Below, piece by piece: positions 27,634 through 37,274 of a stretch of DNA of 64,000 nucleotides (position 1 is the stretch's first letter; each line of letters begins with the position of its first letter). The notes beneath the pieces were generated by a model. That model was not told the DNA's origin. It saw only the letters and a list, made by a program, of their open reading frames with translations, and made no database searches. Both the position numbers and the translations under genes were made by a program. Origin of the DNA: Candidatus Omnitrophota bacterium (GTDB taxonomy: Bacteria > Omnitrophota > Gorgyraeia > B26-G9); NCBI GenBank assembly GCA_043826565.1, contig JBDRPX010000025.1, positions 36,966-100,965 on the forward strand, read 5' to 3'.

Positions 27634-28338
27634 ATGAAATTAGAAGAATATTCAAAAAAATATATCCATTATTATTCAGATGAGGTGCCGGAGCTTATAG
27701 AGGATACTTTTAAGCAGCGCAAGATAAAAAGATTTGCTGATTTAGGTTCCGGGGATGGATCGATTTTATTTGCTCTGTTTAAAAAGGGATTACTTGATAA
27801 TGTTGAAAATATTACTGCTGTTGATATATCAGAAGACAGAATAAATAATGTGAAAAATATTAGTGATAGAATTTTCTGTATTGTTGCTGATGTCGGCAAT
27901 ATCCCAATGATTGATAATGAAAGTTTGGATTTTGCTGTATCTAATCAAGTTATTGAACATATGCCGGAGGAAGATAGCCTGATTAAAGAGGCTTTTCGCA
28001 CTCTATCTAAAGATGGAATATTATATATCTCGACTGTTTTTAAAAAGTGGTATGGTTGGTATTTCTACCGTTGTAACGGTAAGTGGACATTAGACCCTAC
28101 CCATCTAAAAGAGTATACAGATGAGACTCAACTTTTAGATAAAATTAGAAAATATGATTTTGAATTGCTGGTAAATAGAAAAAGCATGTATTGGTTTCCT
28201 GTCTCAGATTTTATTTTTAAACGAATAGGTATTAATCGTAATGCATATAATAATAATTTTTTAAGATTGCTTAGATATGTTAAAATACCAATTATCGGAT
28301 ACTATAATTGGGAGATTGTGCTGAGGAAGAATGGTTGA
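27634..28338 (+). CDS. Class I SAM-dependent methyltransferase
   Basis: Motif I FADLGSGDGS. An acidic residue lies ~20 aa later, and the VIEHMPEED region is motif II-like. Confidence 0.7.
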   Translation: MKLEEYSKKYIHYYSDEVPELIEDTFKQRKIKRFADLGSGDGSILFALFKKGLLDNVENITAVDISEDRINNVKNISDRIFCIVADVGNIPMIDNESLDFAVSNQVIEHMPEEDSLIKEAFRTLSKDGILYISTVFKKWYGWYFYRCNGKWTLDPTHLKEYTDETQLLDKIRKYDFELLVNRKSMYWFPVSDFIFKRIGINRNAYNNNFLRLLRYVKIPIIGYYNWEIVLRKNG

Positions 28339-29359
28339 GATGAAAGATTGTGAAATGCTCTCGGGAGAAAAAGTTAGTGTCTGTATCCCGGTTTATAATG
28401 GGGAGGATACAATTTTAGAAACACTAAGCAGCATTCTTAATCAAACATTCCCTGATTTTGAATTGCTAATTGTGGACAATTGTTCTACTGATGGGACAAT
28501 TGAAAAAGTAAAAACAATCAAAGATGCTCGAATAAAAATAATCAGAAATCAAAAAAATTTAGGATGTGGCGGTAATTTAAATGTTTGCAAAGAAAAAGCA
28601 GTCGGGGATATTGTTTATTTTATTTGTGCTGATGATATAGCGGATATTAATGCGGTTAAGAGAATGTATGAAGCGTTCCGGAAATCTGATGATGTCGGGA
28701 TTGTAACAAGGACATATTATTGGTTCACAGAATCAGTTGATCAGGCCGTGCGGATAAAAAAGCAGTTTAGTTCTGATATTACTGTATCAATTAAGGATGA
28801 CTTTGAAGCGATTAAGGATGTTGTCGCCTTATCAGATCAAATTTCGGGCATAGCTTTTCGCAAGAAATTTATGGAAAATTTTTCTTTTTCAAATCAAGCA
28901 TTTATTGAAATGGCATCAATGGTCGCACAGGTTATTAAAGTGAGCAATGCCGTTATCTTAAAAGATAATACAATTGCTGTAAGAATAGATAAAAACGGAT
29001 CTATGAATCCGGCTGTTTATATTAAGTCCCCCATGCTTGTTTGGGATGATTTGATAATGAGATCATTTAGTGAGCAAGGATTTATTTTTTTAAGAAGATA
29101 TCTGGTTGATAATTTTATAGCAAATAATTATATTGGTCTTGTCCAAATTAGAAGTTTTGGCGGGATGAAATATGCTTTAAGAGAAATATATTATTTAATT
29201 AAACTCCGGTGGAAGAATATTTTTAATTTGAGTTTCTGGTTTTTTTCTTTAGGAGTGATTATCGTGCCCAGTGCATTATTGCAAAAATTAGTGGTTTATT
29301 TTAAGAATAGAGTTAATAGTAAATTTTTAAAAAACATTAAAGTCAAATTGGGAGTATAA
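28331..29359 (+). CDS. Family 2 glycosyltransferase
   Basis: VSVCIPVYNGEDTI...LIVDNCSTDGT...ICADDI is a GT2 layout. An alternative ATG at 28340 has better RBS spacing. Confidence 0.7.
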   Translation: MVEMKDCEMLSGEKVSVCIPVYNGEDTILETLSSILNQTFPDFELLIVDNCSTDGTIEKVKTIKDARIKIIRNQKNLGCGGNLNVCKEKAVGDIVYFICADDIADINAVKRMYEAFRKSDDVGIVTRTYYWFTESVDQAVRIKKQFSSDITVSIKDDFEAIKDVVALSDQISGIAFRKKFMENFSFSNQAFIEMASMVAQVIKVSNAVILKDNTIAVRIDKNGSMNPAVYIKSPMLVWDDLIMRSFSEQGFIFLRRYLVDNFIANNYIGLVQIRSFGGMKYALREIYYLIKLRWKNIFNLSFWFFSLGVIIVPSALLQKLVVYFKNRVNSKFLKNIKVKLGV

Positions 29360-29361
29360 TT

Positions 29362-30135
29362 ATGAAAGTAGTAATTCTGTGTGGAGGGATGGGGACGCGT
29401 TTAAGCGAAGCGACAAGTATAATTCCAAAGCCGATGATTGAAATCGGCGGCAAGCCGATACTATGGCATATTATGAAAATTTTTTCTCATTATGGGTTTC
29501 ATGAATTTGTTATTTGTTTAGGGTATCGCGGATATATGATTAAAGAGTATTTCTCACATTATCTTATGCATATGAGTGATGTGACTATTGATATGGTAGA
29601 TAATAAGATGGATATTCATAGCAGTGCTTCTGAACCATGGAAAGTTACCTTGGTTGAGACAGGTATTAATACGATGACCGGAGGAAGGATTAAGAAAATC
29701 CAGAAATATGTCGGGAAGGAACCATTTATGTTGACGTATGGAGATGGAGTAGCGGATATCGACATTAATAAATTGATCAGGACACATAAGAGGAATAAGA
29801 AATTGGCAACATTAACCGGTGTTTTGACTGCCGGAAGATTTGGGGTTTTGGATGTTCAAAAAGATTCAGTTAAGTCGTTCCTGGAAAAACCTAAAGGGGA
29901 AGGTAATCGCATTAATGCCGGATTTTTTGTGTTGGAGCCGGAAATATTTAAATATATTAATAAAGGTGATGCGACAATTTGGGAGAGAGACCCTTTGTCT
30001 AAATTGGCTGAGGATGGTCAACTGGCTGTCCATAAACACAATGGTTTTTGGAAGTGTATGGATACGTTGCGTGATAAATTAGAGTTAGAGAAGATGCTGG
30101 AGAGCGGGCAAGCCTCTTGGATAATATGGGAGTAG
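29362..30135 (+). CDS. rfbF: Glucose-1-phosphate cytidylyltransferase (CDP-glucose pyrophosphorylase)
   Basis: MKVVILCGGMGTRLSEATSIIPKPMIEIGGKPILWHIMKIFSHYGFHEFVICLGYRGYMIKEYF is a near-textbook RfbF/DdhA N-terminus. Confidence 0.85.
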   Translation: MKVVILCGGMGTRLSEATSIIPKPMIEIGGKPILWHIMKIFSHYGFHEFVICLGYRGYMIKEYFSHYLMHMSDVTIDMVDNKMDIHSSASEPWKVTLVETGINTMTGGRIKKIQKYVGKEPFMLTYGDGVADIDINKLIRTHKRNKKLATLTGVLTAGRFGVLDVQKDSVKSFLEKPKGEGNRINAGFFVLEPEIFKYINKGDATIWERDPLSKLAEDGQLAVHKHNGFWKCMDTLRDKLELEKMLESGQASWIIWE

Positions 30136-30137
30136 CT

Positions 30138-31109
30138 ATGAATAAAAAATTCTGGAAAAATAAAAGCGTATTGATAACCGGGCATGAAGGGTTTTTGGGG
30201 GCTTGGCTGACAAAGACATTGATTGATTGTGGTGCAAATATTACGGGGCTGGATATCGTAAAAAACAGATCTTTTTCCGTATTAAACGGGTATGGGTTAA
30301 GAGAGCGCATTCATGGAGTAAAAGGAGATGTGGCAAACTATAAATTTGTTCAACGGGTGATTAAGAAATATAAGCCGCAGATAATTTTCCATTTAGCAGC
30401 CGAAGCAATAGTTTCAAGGTCAAAAAAAGATCCGGTGCAGACGTTTAAATCCAATATTGAAGGTACCTGGAATATCTTAGAAGTTGCCAGGAATACCAAG
30501 CAAATAAAAGCTATTGTCATGGCTTCCAGCGATAAGGCTTATGGAAGTCATGGGATTTTACCATATACAGAAGAAGCGGCTTTAAAAGGAGCGCATCCTT
30601 ATGATGTATCTAAAAGTTGCGCGGATTTGATCGGGAGTACATATGCGCATACTTATGGGGTTCCAGTAGCAACAACCCGTTGCGGAAATATCTATGGCCC
30701 CGGGGACGCGAATTTTTCCCGGATAGTGCCGGATACGATCCGTTGTGTGCTTAAAGGTAAGCGGTTGATTATTCGCAGCGACGGTAAATTTACCCGGGAT
30801 TATGTCTATGTAGATGATATCGCCAATGGATATATTATGTTAGCAGAGCAATTGCAAAAGAAAAAATTGTACGGTCAGGCATTTAATTTTAGTGATGAAA
30901 ATCCGATTACGGTCTTAAAATTAGTAGATAAGATTTATAAGATCGCAGGAAAAAATCCAAATTATAAAATTCTGAGCAAAGCAAAATATGAGATTAAGCA
31001 CCAATATCTTGATTCAAGTAAAGCAAGAAAAGTCCTGGGCTGGAAAGCAAATCATAGATTGGAAGAGGGCCTGGAACAGGCAATTGAATGGTATCAAGCT
31101 ATGAATTAG
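30138..31109 (+). CDS. rfbG: CDP-glucose 4,6-dehydratase
   Basis: FWKNKSVLITGHEGFLGAWL matches the RfbG/DdhB N-terminal signature FW.GK.V.VTGHTGFKGSWL. The start is taken at the ATG at 30138 with a GGGAG RBS; the track ORF begins at 30117. Confidence 0.8.
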   Translation: MNKKFWKNKSVLITGHEGFLGAWLTKTLIDCGANITGLDIVKNRSFSVLNGYGLRERIHGVKGDVANYKFVQRVIKKYKPQIIFHLAAEAIVSRSKKDPVQTFKSNIEGTWNILEVARNTKQIKAIVMASSDKAYGSHGILPYTEEAALKGAHPYDVSKSCADLIGSTYAHTYGVPVATTRCGNIYGPGDANFSRIVPDTIRCVLKGKRLIIRSDGKFTRDYVYVDDIANGYIMLAEQLQKKKLYGQAFNFSDENPITVLKLVDKIYKIAGKNPNYKILSKAKYEIKHQYLDSSKARKVLGWKANHRLEEGLEQAIEWYQAMN

Positions 31110-31122
31110 AGAGATAATATCT

Positions 31123-32109
31123 ATGGGTAATGATAATATGAAAAGTAAAAGAATTCTGATTACCGGGGCTACGGGTTTTGTGGGTTCGAATATAACGCGT
31201 TATTTTTTCGATAATAAATCTGAAGTAGGCGTGTTGTATCCGGAAGGGGACAATACCTGGAGGATTAACGATATTCTAGATGAAGTTTCGGTATTCGCCG
31301 CTGATTTACGTGATAAGGAGCAGTTACATAAAGTTATTTCTGAGTTTAAGCCGCAAATTATTATTCATGCGGCAATTTACGGTGGTTTTGTATATCAAAA
31401 AGATACGGATCGGATAATGAAGACCAATTTTCAAGGCACTGTAAATCTGTTGGATGCCTGCAGTCAGATAGATTATGAATTGTTTATCAATACCGGATCT
31501 TCATCAGAGTACGGGACCAAATCTCTACCGATGAAAGAGGATGATTTACTGGAACCGGTGACGGATTATGCGATTTCCAAGTCAGCAGCAACCTTATATG
31601 CTCAAGCGCTTAATCGTCGTGAAAATAAACCGATAGTAACACTTAGATTGTTTTCACCATTTGGGTATTATGATGAAAGTACCCGGTTAATGCCTTCGGT
31701 TATTCTTTCCTGCCTGCAGGGAGATGACCCTAAGGTATCTGCGCCTAAATATGTCCGTGATTTTGTATTTATCGAAGATGTAATAAGCGCATATGTCAAA
31801 GCTATAAAAAACAAGGATAAGATTAAAGGCGAAATATTTAATGTGGGTTCCGGGAAAGAACATTCTATTGGTGAAGTTGTTGACAAGATAATTGTTATTA
31901 GTAAAAGCGGAGTTAATGCTCAATGGGGGCAGACTCCGAATTCCCGGTTTGAGCCTGAAGTTTGGCAGGCAGATATTTCTAAAGCCCACAGACTCTTAGG
32001 ATGGGAGCCGAAATATAGCTTAGAACAGGGGATAGAAAAAACTATTGATTGGCTTAAATCAAATATGCACTTATATGATAAAGCAGTAATTGAGGATAAA
32101 ATTAAATAA
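31123..32109 (+). CDS. NAD(P)-dependent sugar epimerase/reductase (candidate CDP-4-keto-sugar reductase, Prt/YerF-like)
   Basis: ILITGATGFVGSNI is a Rossmann motif. The YxxxK dyad is in YAISK. It lies between rfbG and the ThDP enzyme. Confidence 0.55.
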   Translation: MGNDNMKSKRILITGATGFVGSNITRYFFDNKSEVGVLYPEGDNTWRINDILDEVSVFAADLRDKEQLHKVISEFKPQIIIHAAIYGGFVYQKDTDRIMKTNFQGTVNLLDACSQIDYELFINTGSSSEYGTKSLPMKEDDLLEPVTDYAISKSAATLYAQALNRRENKPIVTLRLFSPFGYYDESTRLMPSVILSCLQGDDPKVSAPKYVRDFVFIEDVISAYVKAIKNKDKIKGEIFNVGSGKEHSIGEVVDKIIVISKSGVNAQWGQTPNSRFEPEVWQADISKAHRLLGWEPKYSLEQGIEKTIDWLKSNMHLYDKAVIEDKIK

Positions 32110-33872
32110 TGAAGTTATCAGATTATGTTATAAATTTTTTAGTACAGCAAAAAGTTGAGTATATATTTGAAATATGTGGCGGAGCGATTACGCATTTGCT
32201 TGATTCTGTTTACAAAAGGACAGATATTAAAGCGATTCCCATGCATCATGAGCAGACAGCAGCATTTGCGGCAGAAGGTTATGCGCGCATCAATGGGAAT
32301 ATCGGTGTTGCGATGGCTACAAGCGGTCCTGGGGCAACTAATTTGATTACAGGCATTGGTAGTTGTTTTTTTGATTCAATCCCCTGTTTGTTTATTACCG
32401 GGCAGGTAAATACTTACGAATTTAAATTTAAAAAACCAATAAGACAACTAGGTTTTCAGGAAACAGATATCGTTACTATGGTAAAGCCGATTGTTAAAGA
32501 CAGTGTGCTTATCGAAGACCCCAATAAAATACGATATGAATTGGAACGGCTGATCCATATTGCTAAATCAGGCCGGCCAGGCCCGGTTTTACTGGATATC
32601 CCCATGAATGTTCAGCGTGCAGATATCAACCCAAGTAAATTAAAAGCGTTCAAAAAAAATGCTATTAATAAAGCTCCTCTACAGATAAAAAACAAGGTAT
32701 GGGGAAAGGTTGTAGAGTTAATCCATAATTCTTCCCGGCCTTTGGTTATCGTCGGTGGAGGTCTGAGGCTATCGCAGTCTTCAGATGAACTTTATGCTTT
32801 TATAAATAAGACTAAAATGCCTGTAGTGAGCACTTTAATCGGCAAAGATGCTTTTGCTAATGATCATAAGCAGTTTGTCGGAATGATGGGAACATATGGT
32901 CTGCGACATGCTAATTTAGCTGTTGCGAATGCCGATTTAATAATTGTTCTCGGGGCAAGGTTAGATACAAGACAAACCGGTACTAGACCGGATACTTTTT
33001 CACGTGGGGCAAAGATAGTGCATGTGGATGTAGACGCTAATGAACTAAACAGTAAAGTCCGGGCAGACATTGCCATTTGTGCGGATATAAAATTATTCCT
33101 AAAGGGGATTAATAAAAGAATTAGTAAATATGATTCTAAGAGAATATCCCGGTGGCGTAAAATTATTCAGCAGTACAAGCAGAAATATTCTCAAAAAAAT
33201 AATTCCAAGAATGCAATAGATCCGAATTTATTTTTGGAAGACGCTTCAAAGTATATGTCAAAAGACAGCGTTATATGTGTGGATGTAGGACAGCATCAAA
33301 TGTGGGCGGCGCAATCTGTGCAATTGAAAAAACAGCAGAGATTCCTGACCCAGGGAGGAATGGGAGCAATGGGATCCGCGCTTTCGTTCGCAATCGGAGC
33401 TTGTTTTGCCAAGCCCCGAACAACGGCAGTGGTGGTGACCGGAGATGGTGGATTTCAATTAAATTTACAGGAATTGCAGACGGTTTATTATTATCAGTTG
33501 CCGATTAAAATAATTATGTTGAATAATTCATGTTATGGAATGGTGCGGCAATTTCAAGAACAATACTTCCGGTCGCGTTTTCAGTCAACAGTTGTTGGCT
33601 ATAATGCTCCAAATTTTCAAAAAGTAGTTTCTTCTTTTGGAATAAAATCGAATCGCTTAGTTTATGAGAGAGATATAATAAAAAAGTTTAAAGACTTGTT
33701 TAAAGATAATAAACCCGCATTTCTTGAAGTAAAAATCCCAAAAGATGTTAAAGTCCTTCCCAAATTATCGGTGAATAGGCCAATAGAGGATCAAGACCCC
33801 TTATTATCGCGTGAAGAGCTTCAGTCTAATATGCAGATTGAGGTGCTAAAGGAGTATGAAAGTGAATTCTGA
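32109..33872 (+). CDS. Thiamine-diphosphate-dependent enzyme of the acetolactate-synthase large-subunit family (YerE-like two-carbon branching enzyme candidate)
   Basis: It has the three-domain ALS/POX layout. The ThDP-binding motif is GDGGFQLNLQEL...NNSCYGMV (GDG...NN). It is embedded in a CDP-dideoxyhexose module. Confidence 0.7.
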   Translation: MKLSDYVINFLVQQKVEYIFEICGGAITHLLDSVYKRTDIKAIPMHHEQTAAFAAEGYARINGNIGVAMATSGPGATNLITGIGSCFFDSIPCLFITGQVNTYEFKFKKPIRQLGFQETDIVTMVKPIVKDSVLIEDPNKIRYELERLIHIAKSGRPGPVLLDIPMNVQRADINPSKLKAFKKNAINKAPLQIKNKVWGKVVELIHNSSRPLVIVGGGLRLSQSSDELYAFINKTKMPVVSTLIGKDAFANDHKQFVGMMGTYGLRHANLAVANADLIIVLGARLDTRQTGTRPDTFSRGAKIVHVDVDANELNSKVRADIAICADIKLFLKGINKRISKYDSKRISRWRKIIQQYKQKYSQKNNSKNAIDPNLFLEDASKYMSKDSVICVDVGQHQMWAAQSVQLKKQQRFLTQGGMGAMGSALSFAIGACFAKPRTTAVVVTGDGGFQLNLQELQTVYYYQLPIKIIMLNNSCYGMVRQFQEQYFRSRFQSTVVGYNAPNFQKVVSSFGIKSNRLVYERDIIKKFKDLFKDNKPAFLEVKIPKDVKVLPKLSVNRPIEDQDPLLSREELQSNMQIEVLKEYESEF

Positions 33873-35193
33873 CGAAAAATTAATAAGAAAAGAAATTCTT
33901 AGTAAAGTTAAAAAATTTTATGCGGCAGGAAAAAACAAAAAATTTATTCCGGGCAAGAGCAGGATCCCTTATGCCGGACGTATTTTTGATGAAAAAGAAT
34001 TAGTCAATCTGGTTGACTCATCTTTGGATTTTTGGCTGACTGCCGGAAGGTATGCCCGGAAACTAGAAAAGCAGTTGGCGGAATTTGTTGGGGTAAAGCA
34101 TGCTTTACTGGTTAACTCAGGTTCCTCGGCAAATCTATTGGCAATAAGTGCTTTAACATCACCTCTTCTGAAAGAGCGGCGATTAAAACCGGGTGATGAA
34201 GTAATTACAACGGCTTGCGGGTTTCCGACCACATTAAACCCTATTTTACAGAACCAGTTAAACCCGGTAATTCTCGATGTGGAGCTGGGTACGTATAATA
34301 TTGACACCACAAAGCTTAAAAAAGCAATTACCAAGAAGACAAAAGCAGTTTTTGTTGCGCATACTTTGGGTAATCCATTTAATTTAGAAGCAGTATTAAA
34401 GATAGCTAGGAAGCATAAATTGTTTGTTATTGAGGACAATTGTGACGCGCTTGGTTCGAAATATAAAGACCGTTTTACCGGAGCTTATGGTGATATTGCA
34501 ACTTTGAGTTTTTATCCGGCCCATCATATGACTATGGGGGAAGGCGGTGCCGTATTAACTAGCGATCCTGTTTTAAGAAGAGCATTGCTTTCTTTGCGTG
34601 ACTGGGGCCGGGATTGCTGGTGTGATCCGGGCAGAGATAATACTTGCCGTAAGCGGTTTAAACAGCAGTTTGGTAAATTGCCTTATGGATATGATCATAA
34701 ATATGTATATTCGCATATTGGGTATAACCTGAAAGTTACTGATATGCAGGCAGCGATCGGCGTGGCTCAGTTAAAAAAACTTAAAGGTTTTATTAAAAAG
34801 CGCAAAGAGAACTTTGCTTTTCTGCATAAGAGCCTAAAAAAGTTCGAAAAATACCTGTTATTGCCCCAGGCAACCAAAAATTCTGATCCTAGCTGGTTTG
34901 GATTTCCCCTGATGGTAAAGACACCGTCAGCATTTACTCGTGATGAAATTGTTAATTATTTGGAGAATAGAGGGATCGCCACGAGGATGTTATTTGGAGG
35001 AAATTTAATTAAACAGCCGGCATATAAAGGAATAAAGATGAAGGTTGTGGGGACACTTAAAAACACAGATTTAGTTATGAATGATTTATTCTGGATTGGG
35101 GTGTACCCGGGAATTAATCGATTAAAATTGAAGTATGTAATTAAGGAAATAGAGGCATTCATACTAAAGATTCAGATGCCGCAATCGGGATGA
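33856..35193 (+). CDS. rfbH: CDP-6-deoxy-D-xylo-4-hexulose 3-dehydrase (E1; RfbH/DdhC, DegT/PMP-dependent family)
   Basis: FIPGKSRIPYAGRIFDEKELVNLVDSSLDFWLTAGRYARKLEKQLAEFVGVKHALLVNSGSSANLLAIS closely parallels the RfbH N-terminal region. The conserved downstream block DNCDALGSKY is present, with the position homologous to the pyridoxal-binding Lys occupied by His in the E1-type enzymes. Confidence 0.8.
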   Translation: MKVNSDEKLIRKEILSKVKKFYAAGKNKKFIPGKSRIPYAGRIFDEKELVNLVDSSLDFWLTAGRYARKLEKQLAEFVGVKHALLVNSGSSANLLAISALTSPLLKERRLKPGDEVITTACGFPTTLNPILQNQLNPVILDVELGTYNIDTTKLKKAITKKTKAVFVAHTLGNPFNLEAVLKIARKHKLFVIEDNCDALGSKYKDRFTGAYGDIATLSFYPAHHMTMGEGGAVLTSDPVLRRALLSLRDWGRDCWCDPGRDNTCRKRFKQQFGKLPYGYDHKYVYSHIGYNLKVTDMQAAIGVAQLKKLKGFIKKRKENFAFLHKSLKKFEKYLLLPQATKNSDPSWFGFPLMVKTPSAFTRDEIVNYLENRGIATRMLFGGNLIKQPAYKGIKMKVVGTLKNTDLVMNDLFWIGVYPGINRLKLKYVIKEIEAFILKIQMPQSG

Positions 35194-35200
35194 AAATATA

Positions 35201-36418
35201 ATGGTGCAAGAGTGTTTTTTTATTGCAAATAATAATATTGGAGATTCCGGTTTAAGCGGCGGGTGCAGAATTTTTATTGAACTGGCTCGATATTGGAAAG
35301 AATCGATTGATCTAAAGATAATTGCCACAGAAGAAGCCATCACAGTTTGTAAAAAGTATGGGCTGGGAGATATTAAGTTCTATAAATCGTCCGGCAAACT
35401 AGGATATGATAATGTTTTTACTTTAAGGGCTGTTTTTGCAAATTTTTTCAAGAAATTAGCAAAGGGAATATTATTTGTATTAAAAAATAAATCCTTATTT
35501 AAAAATAATCCCTGGGTGTATTCAGTCTCGGATTTCTATCCTGATCTTATCCCGGCTTTCTTAATAAAATTAATAAATCCGAAATCAAGATGGATTGCCG
35601 GATATTATTTATTTGCACCTGCTCCCTGGGATAAAGATAGCCCCTACAAAGGTAAACATGCTTTTCGGGGCTTTCTTTATTGGTTCTCGCAAAGGCTCTC
35701 TTATGGCCTTGCAAAAAAATATGCGGATATTGTTTTTGTGACTTCCGAGCCGGATAAAAAGAAATTTCTGACTAAAAAAAGAGGAGAGTCTGAAATTTTT
35801 GTTATCCGGGGAGGTGTTAATATCGAAGCATCAACAGAATATTTAAATAGTAAGGAGATTATCCCTTTAGATAAGAGGAAGTATGCATGCTGCTTTGTGG
35901 GAAGATTTCATCAGCAAAAAGGGGTTTTAGTTTTAATAGAGATATGGAAAAAAGTTATTGAGAGATTACCCCGTGCTAAACTTGCGATGATTGGTAATGG
36001 CCCGCTTCAGGTGAGTGTGCAAAATAAGATTAATGAATATAGTTTAAATGACAATGTGGAATTGTTTGGTTTTATGGATGGGCTCGAGAAATTTAATGTT
36101 TTTAAACAGAGTAAAATTGTCGTACATCCGGCAACTTATGATAGTGGGGGCATGGCGGCAGCAGAGGCTATGGCGTGGGGCTTGCCTGGAATAAGCTTTG
36201 ATCTGGAGGCTTTAAAGACTTATTACCCTCAGGGTATGATAAAAGTTCCTAAGGATGATTATAACCGGTTTGCTGAGGAAATAGTTAAACTGCTGGCGGA
36301 CTCTGATTATTATAAAACAATTTCTTTGTTAGCTCTTGAGTTGATAGTTAAACAGTGGGATTGGAAAAAACGGGCACAGCTAATTTTGGAAGGGTTGTTG
36401 GTTAATAATAATGGATAA
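35201..36418 (+). CDS. GT-B fold glycosyltransferase (family 4/1)
   Basis: The C-terminal domain has EX7E-like HPATYDSGGMAAAEAMAWGLPGIS. Confidence 0.65.
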   Translation: MVQECFFIANNNIGDSGLSGGCRIFIELARYWKESIDLKIIATEEAITVCKKYGLGDIKFYKSSGKLGYDNVFTLRAVFANFFKKLAKGILFVLKNKSLFKNNPWVYSVSDFYPDLIPAFLIKLINPKSRWIAGYYLFAPAPWDKDSPYKGKHAFRGFLYWFSQRLSYGLAKKYADIVFVTSEPDKKKFLTKKRGESEIFVIRGGVNIEASTEYLNSKEIIPLDKRKYACCFVGRFHQQKGVLVLIEIWKKVIERLPRAKLAMIGNGPLQVSVQNKINEYSLNDNVELFGFMDGLEKFNVFKQSKIVVHPATYDSGGMAAAEAMAWGLPGISFDLEALKTYYPQGMIKVPKDDYNRFAEEIVKLLADSDYYKTISLLALELIVKQWDWKKRAQLILEGLLVNNNG

Positions 36419-37274
36419 CATTAAGGTTTCACTTATAATTACTACAAAAAATGCTCAACAGTATATTGCCGGATGTTTAGATTCAATAAAATATCAGAAT
36501 TACAATCAATCTGAAATTGAAGTTATAGTTGTTGATAATAATTCTACTGATAAAACTAAAGAAATAGCTTCTAAGTATACGGATAAAATCTACAACTGCG
36601 GTCCGGAGCGTTCAGCGCAAAGGAATTTTGGGATTAGTAAGGCATTGGGAAAATATGTTCTTTATCTTGATGTCGATATGTTGCTTTCTGAAAATGTCCT
36701 TTCAGAGTGTGTAGAGAAAATAGAGGCTGATGATCTGATTGCTTTATATGTCCCGGAGGTAATCGTCGGTAAAGGGTTTTGGATACAGGTGAGAAACTTT
36801 GAACGCAGTTTTTATAATGCAACGGTTGTTGACTGTGTTCGTTTTATAAAAAAAGATGCATTTATGAAAATAAAAGGATTTGATGAAAATTTAACCGGCC
36901 CGGAGGATTGGGATTTAGACAGAAGAATAAATCAAACTGGAAAAACATCAATAATAAATGTTCCGATTTATCACAATGAAGGTGTTTTTAACCTTAAAAA
37001 CTATTTACTTAAAAAAAGCTACTATTCAAAAACATTTGAAAAATATGTGCAAAAGTGGGGAAAAAATGACGCAATAATAAAAAAACAGCTTGGGTTTTCT
37101 TATCGGTTTTTTGGTGTGTTTATAGAAAATGGAAAATGGAAAAAACTTATCAGTTGTCCTGTTTTTACATGGGGTATGTATTTTTTGAGATTTTTAGTTG
37201 GGCTTACATTCCTTGTGTCTAGAATCGGCCGAAATCCTTTAAAAAATAAAGGTAATATTTATGGACAGAAATAG
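36411..37274 (+). CDS. Family 2 glycosyltransferase
   Basis: VSLIITTKNAQQYI...VVDNNSTDKT...YLDVDM (DxD). Confidence 0.7.
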   Translation: MDNIKVSLIITTKNAQQYIAGCLDSIKYQNYNQSEIEVIVVDNNSTDKTKEIASKYTDKIYNCGPERSAQRNFGISKALGKYVLYLDVDMLLSENVLSECVEKIEADDLIALYVPEVIVGKGFWIQVRNFERSFYNATVVDCVRFIKKDAFMKIKGFDENLTGPEDWDLDRRINQTGKTSIINVPIYHNEGVFNLKNYLLKKSYYSKTFEKYVQKWGKNDAIIKKQLGFSYRFFGVFIENGKWKKLISCPVFTWGMYFLRFLVGLTFLVSRIGRNPLKNKGNIYGQK

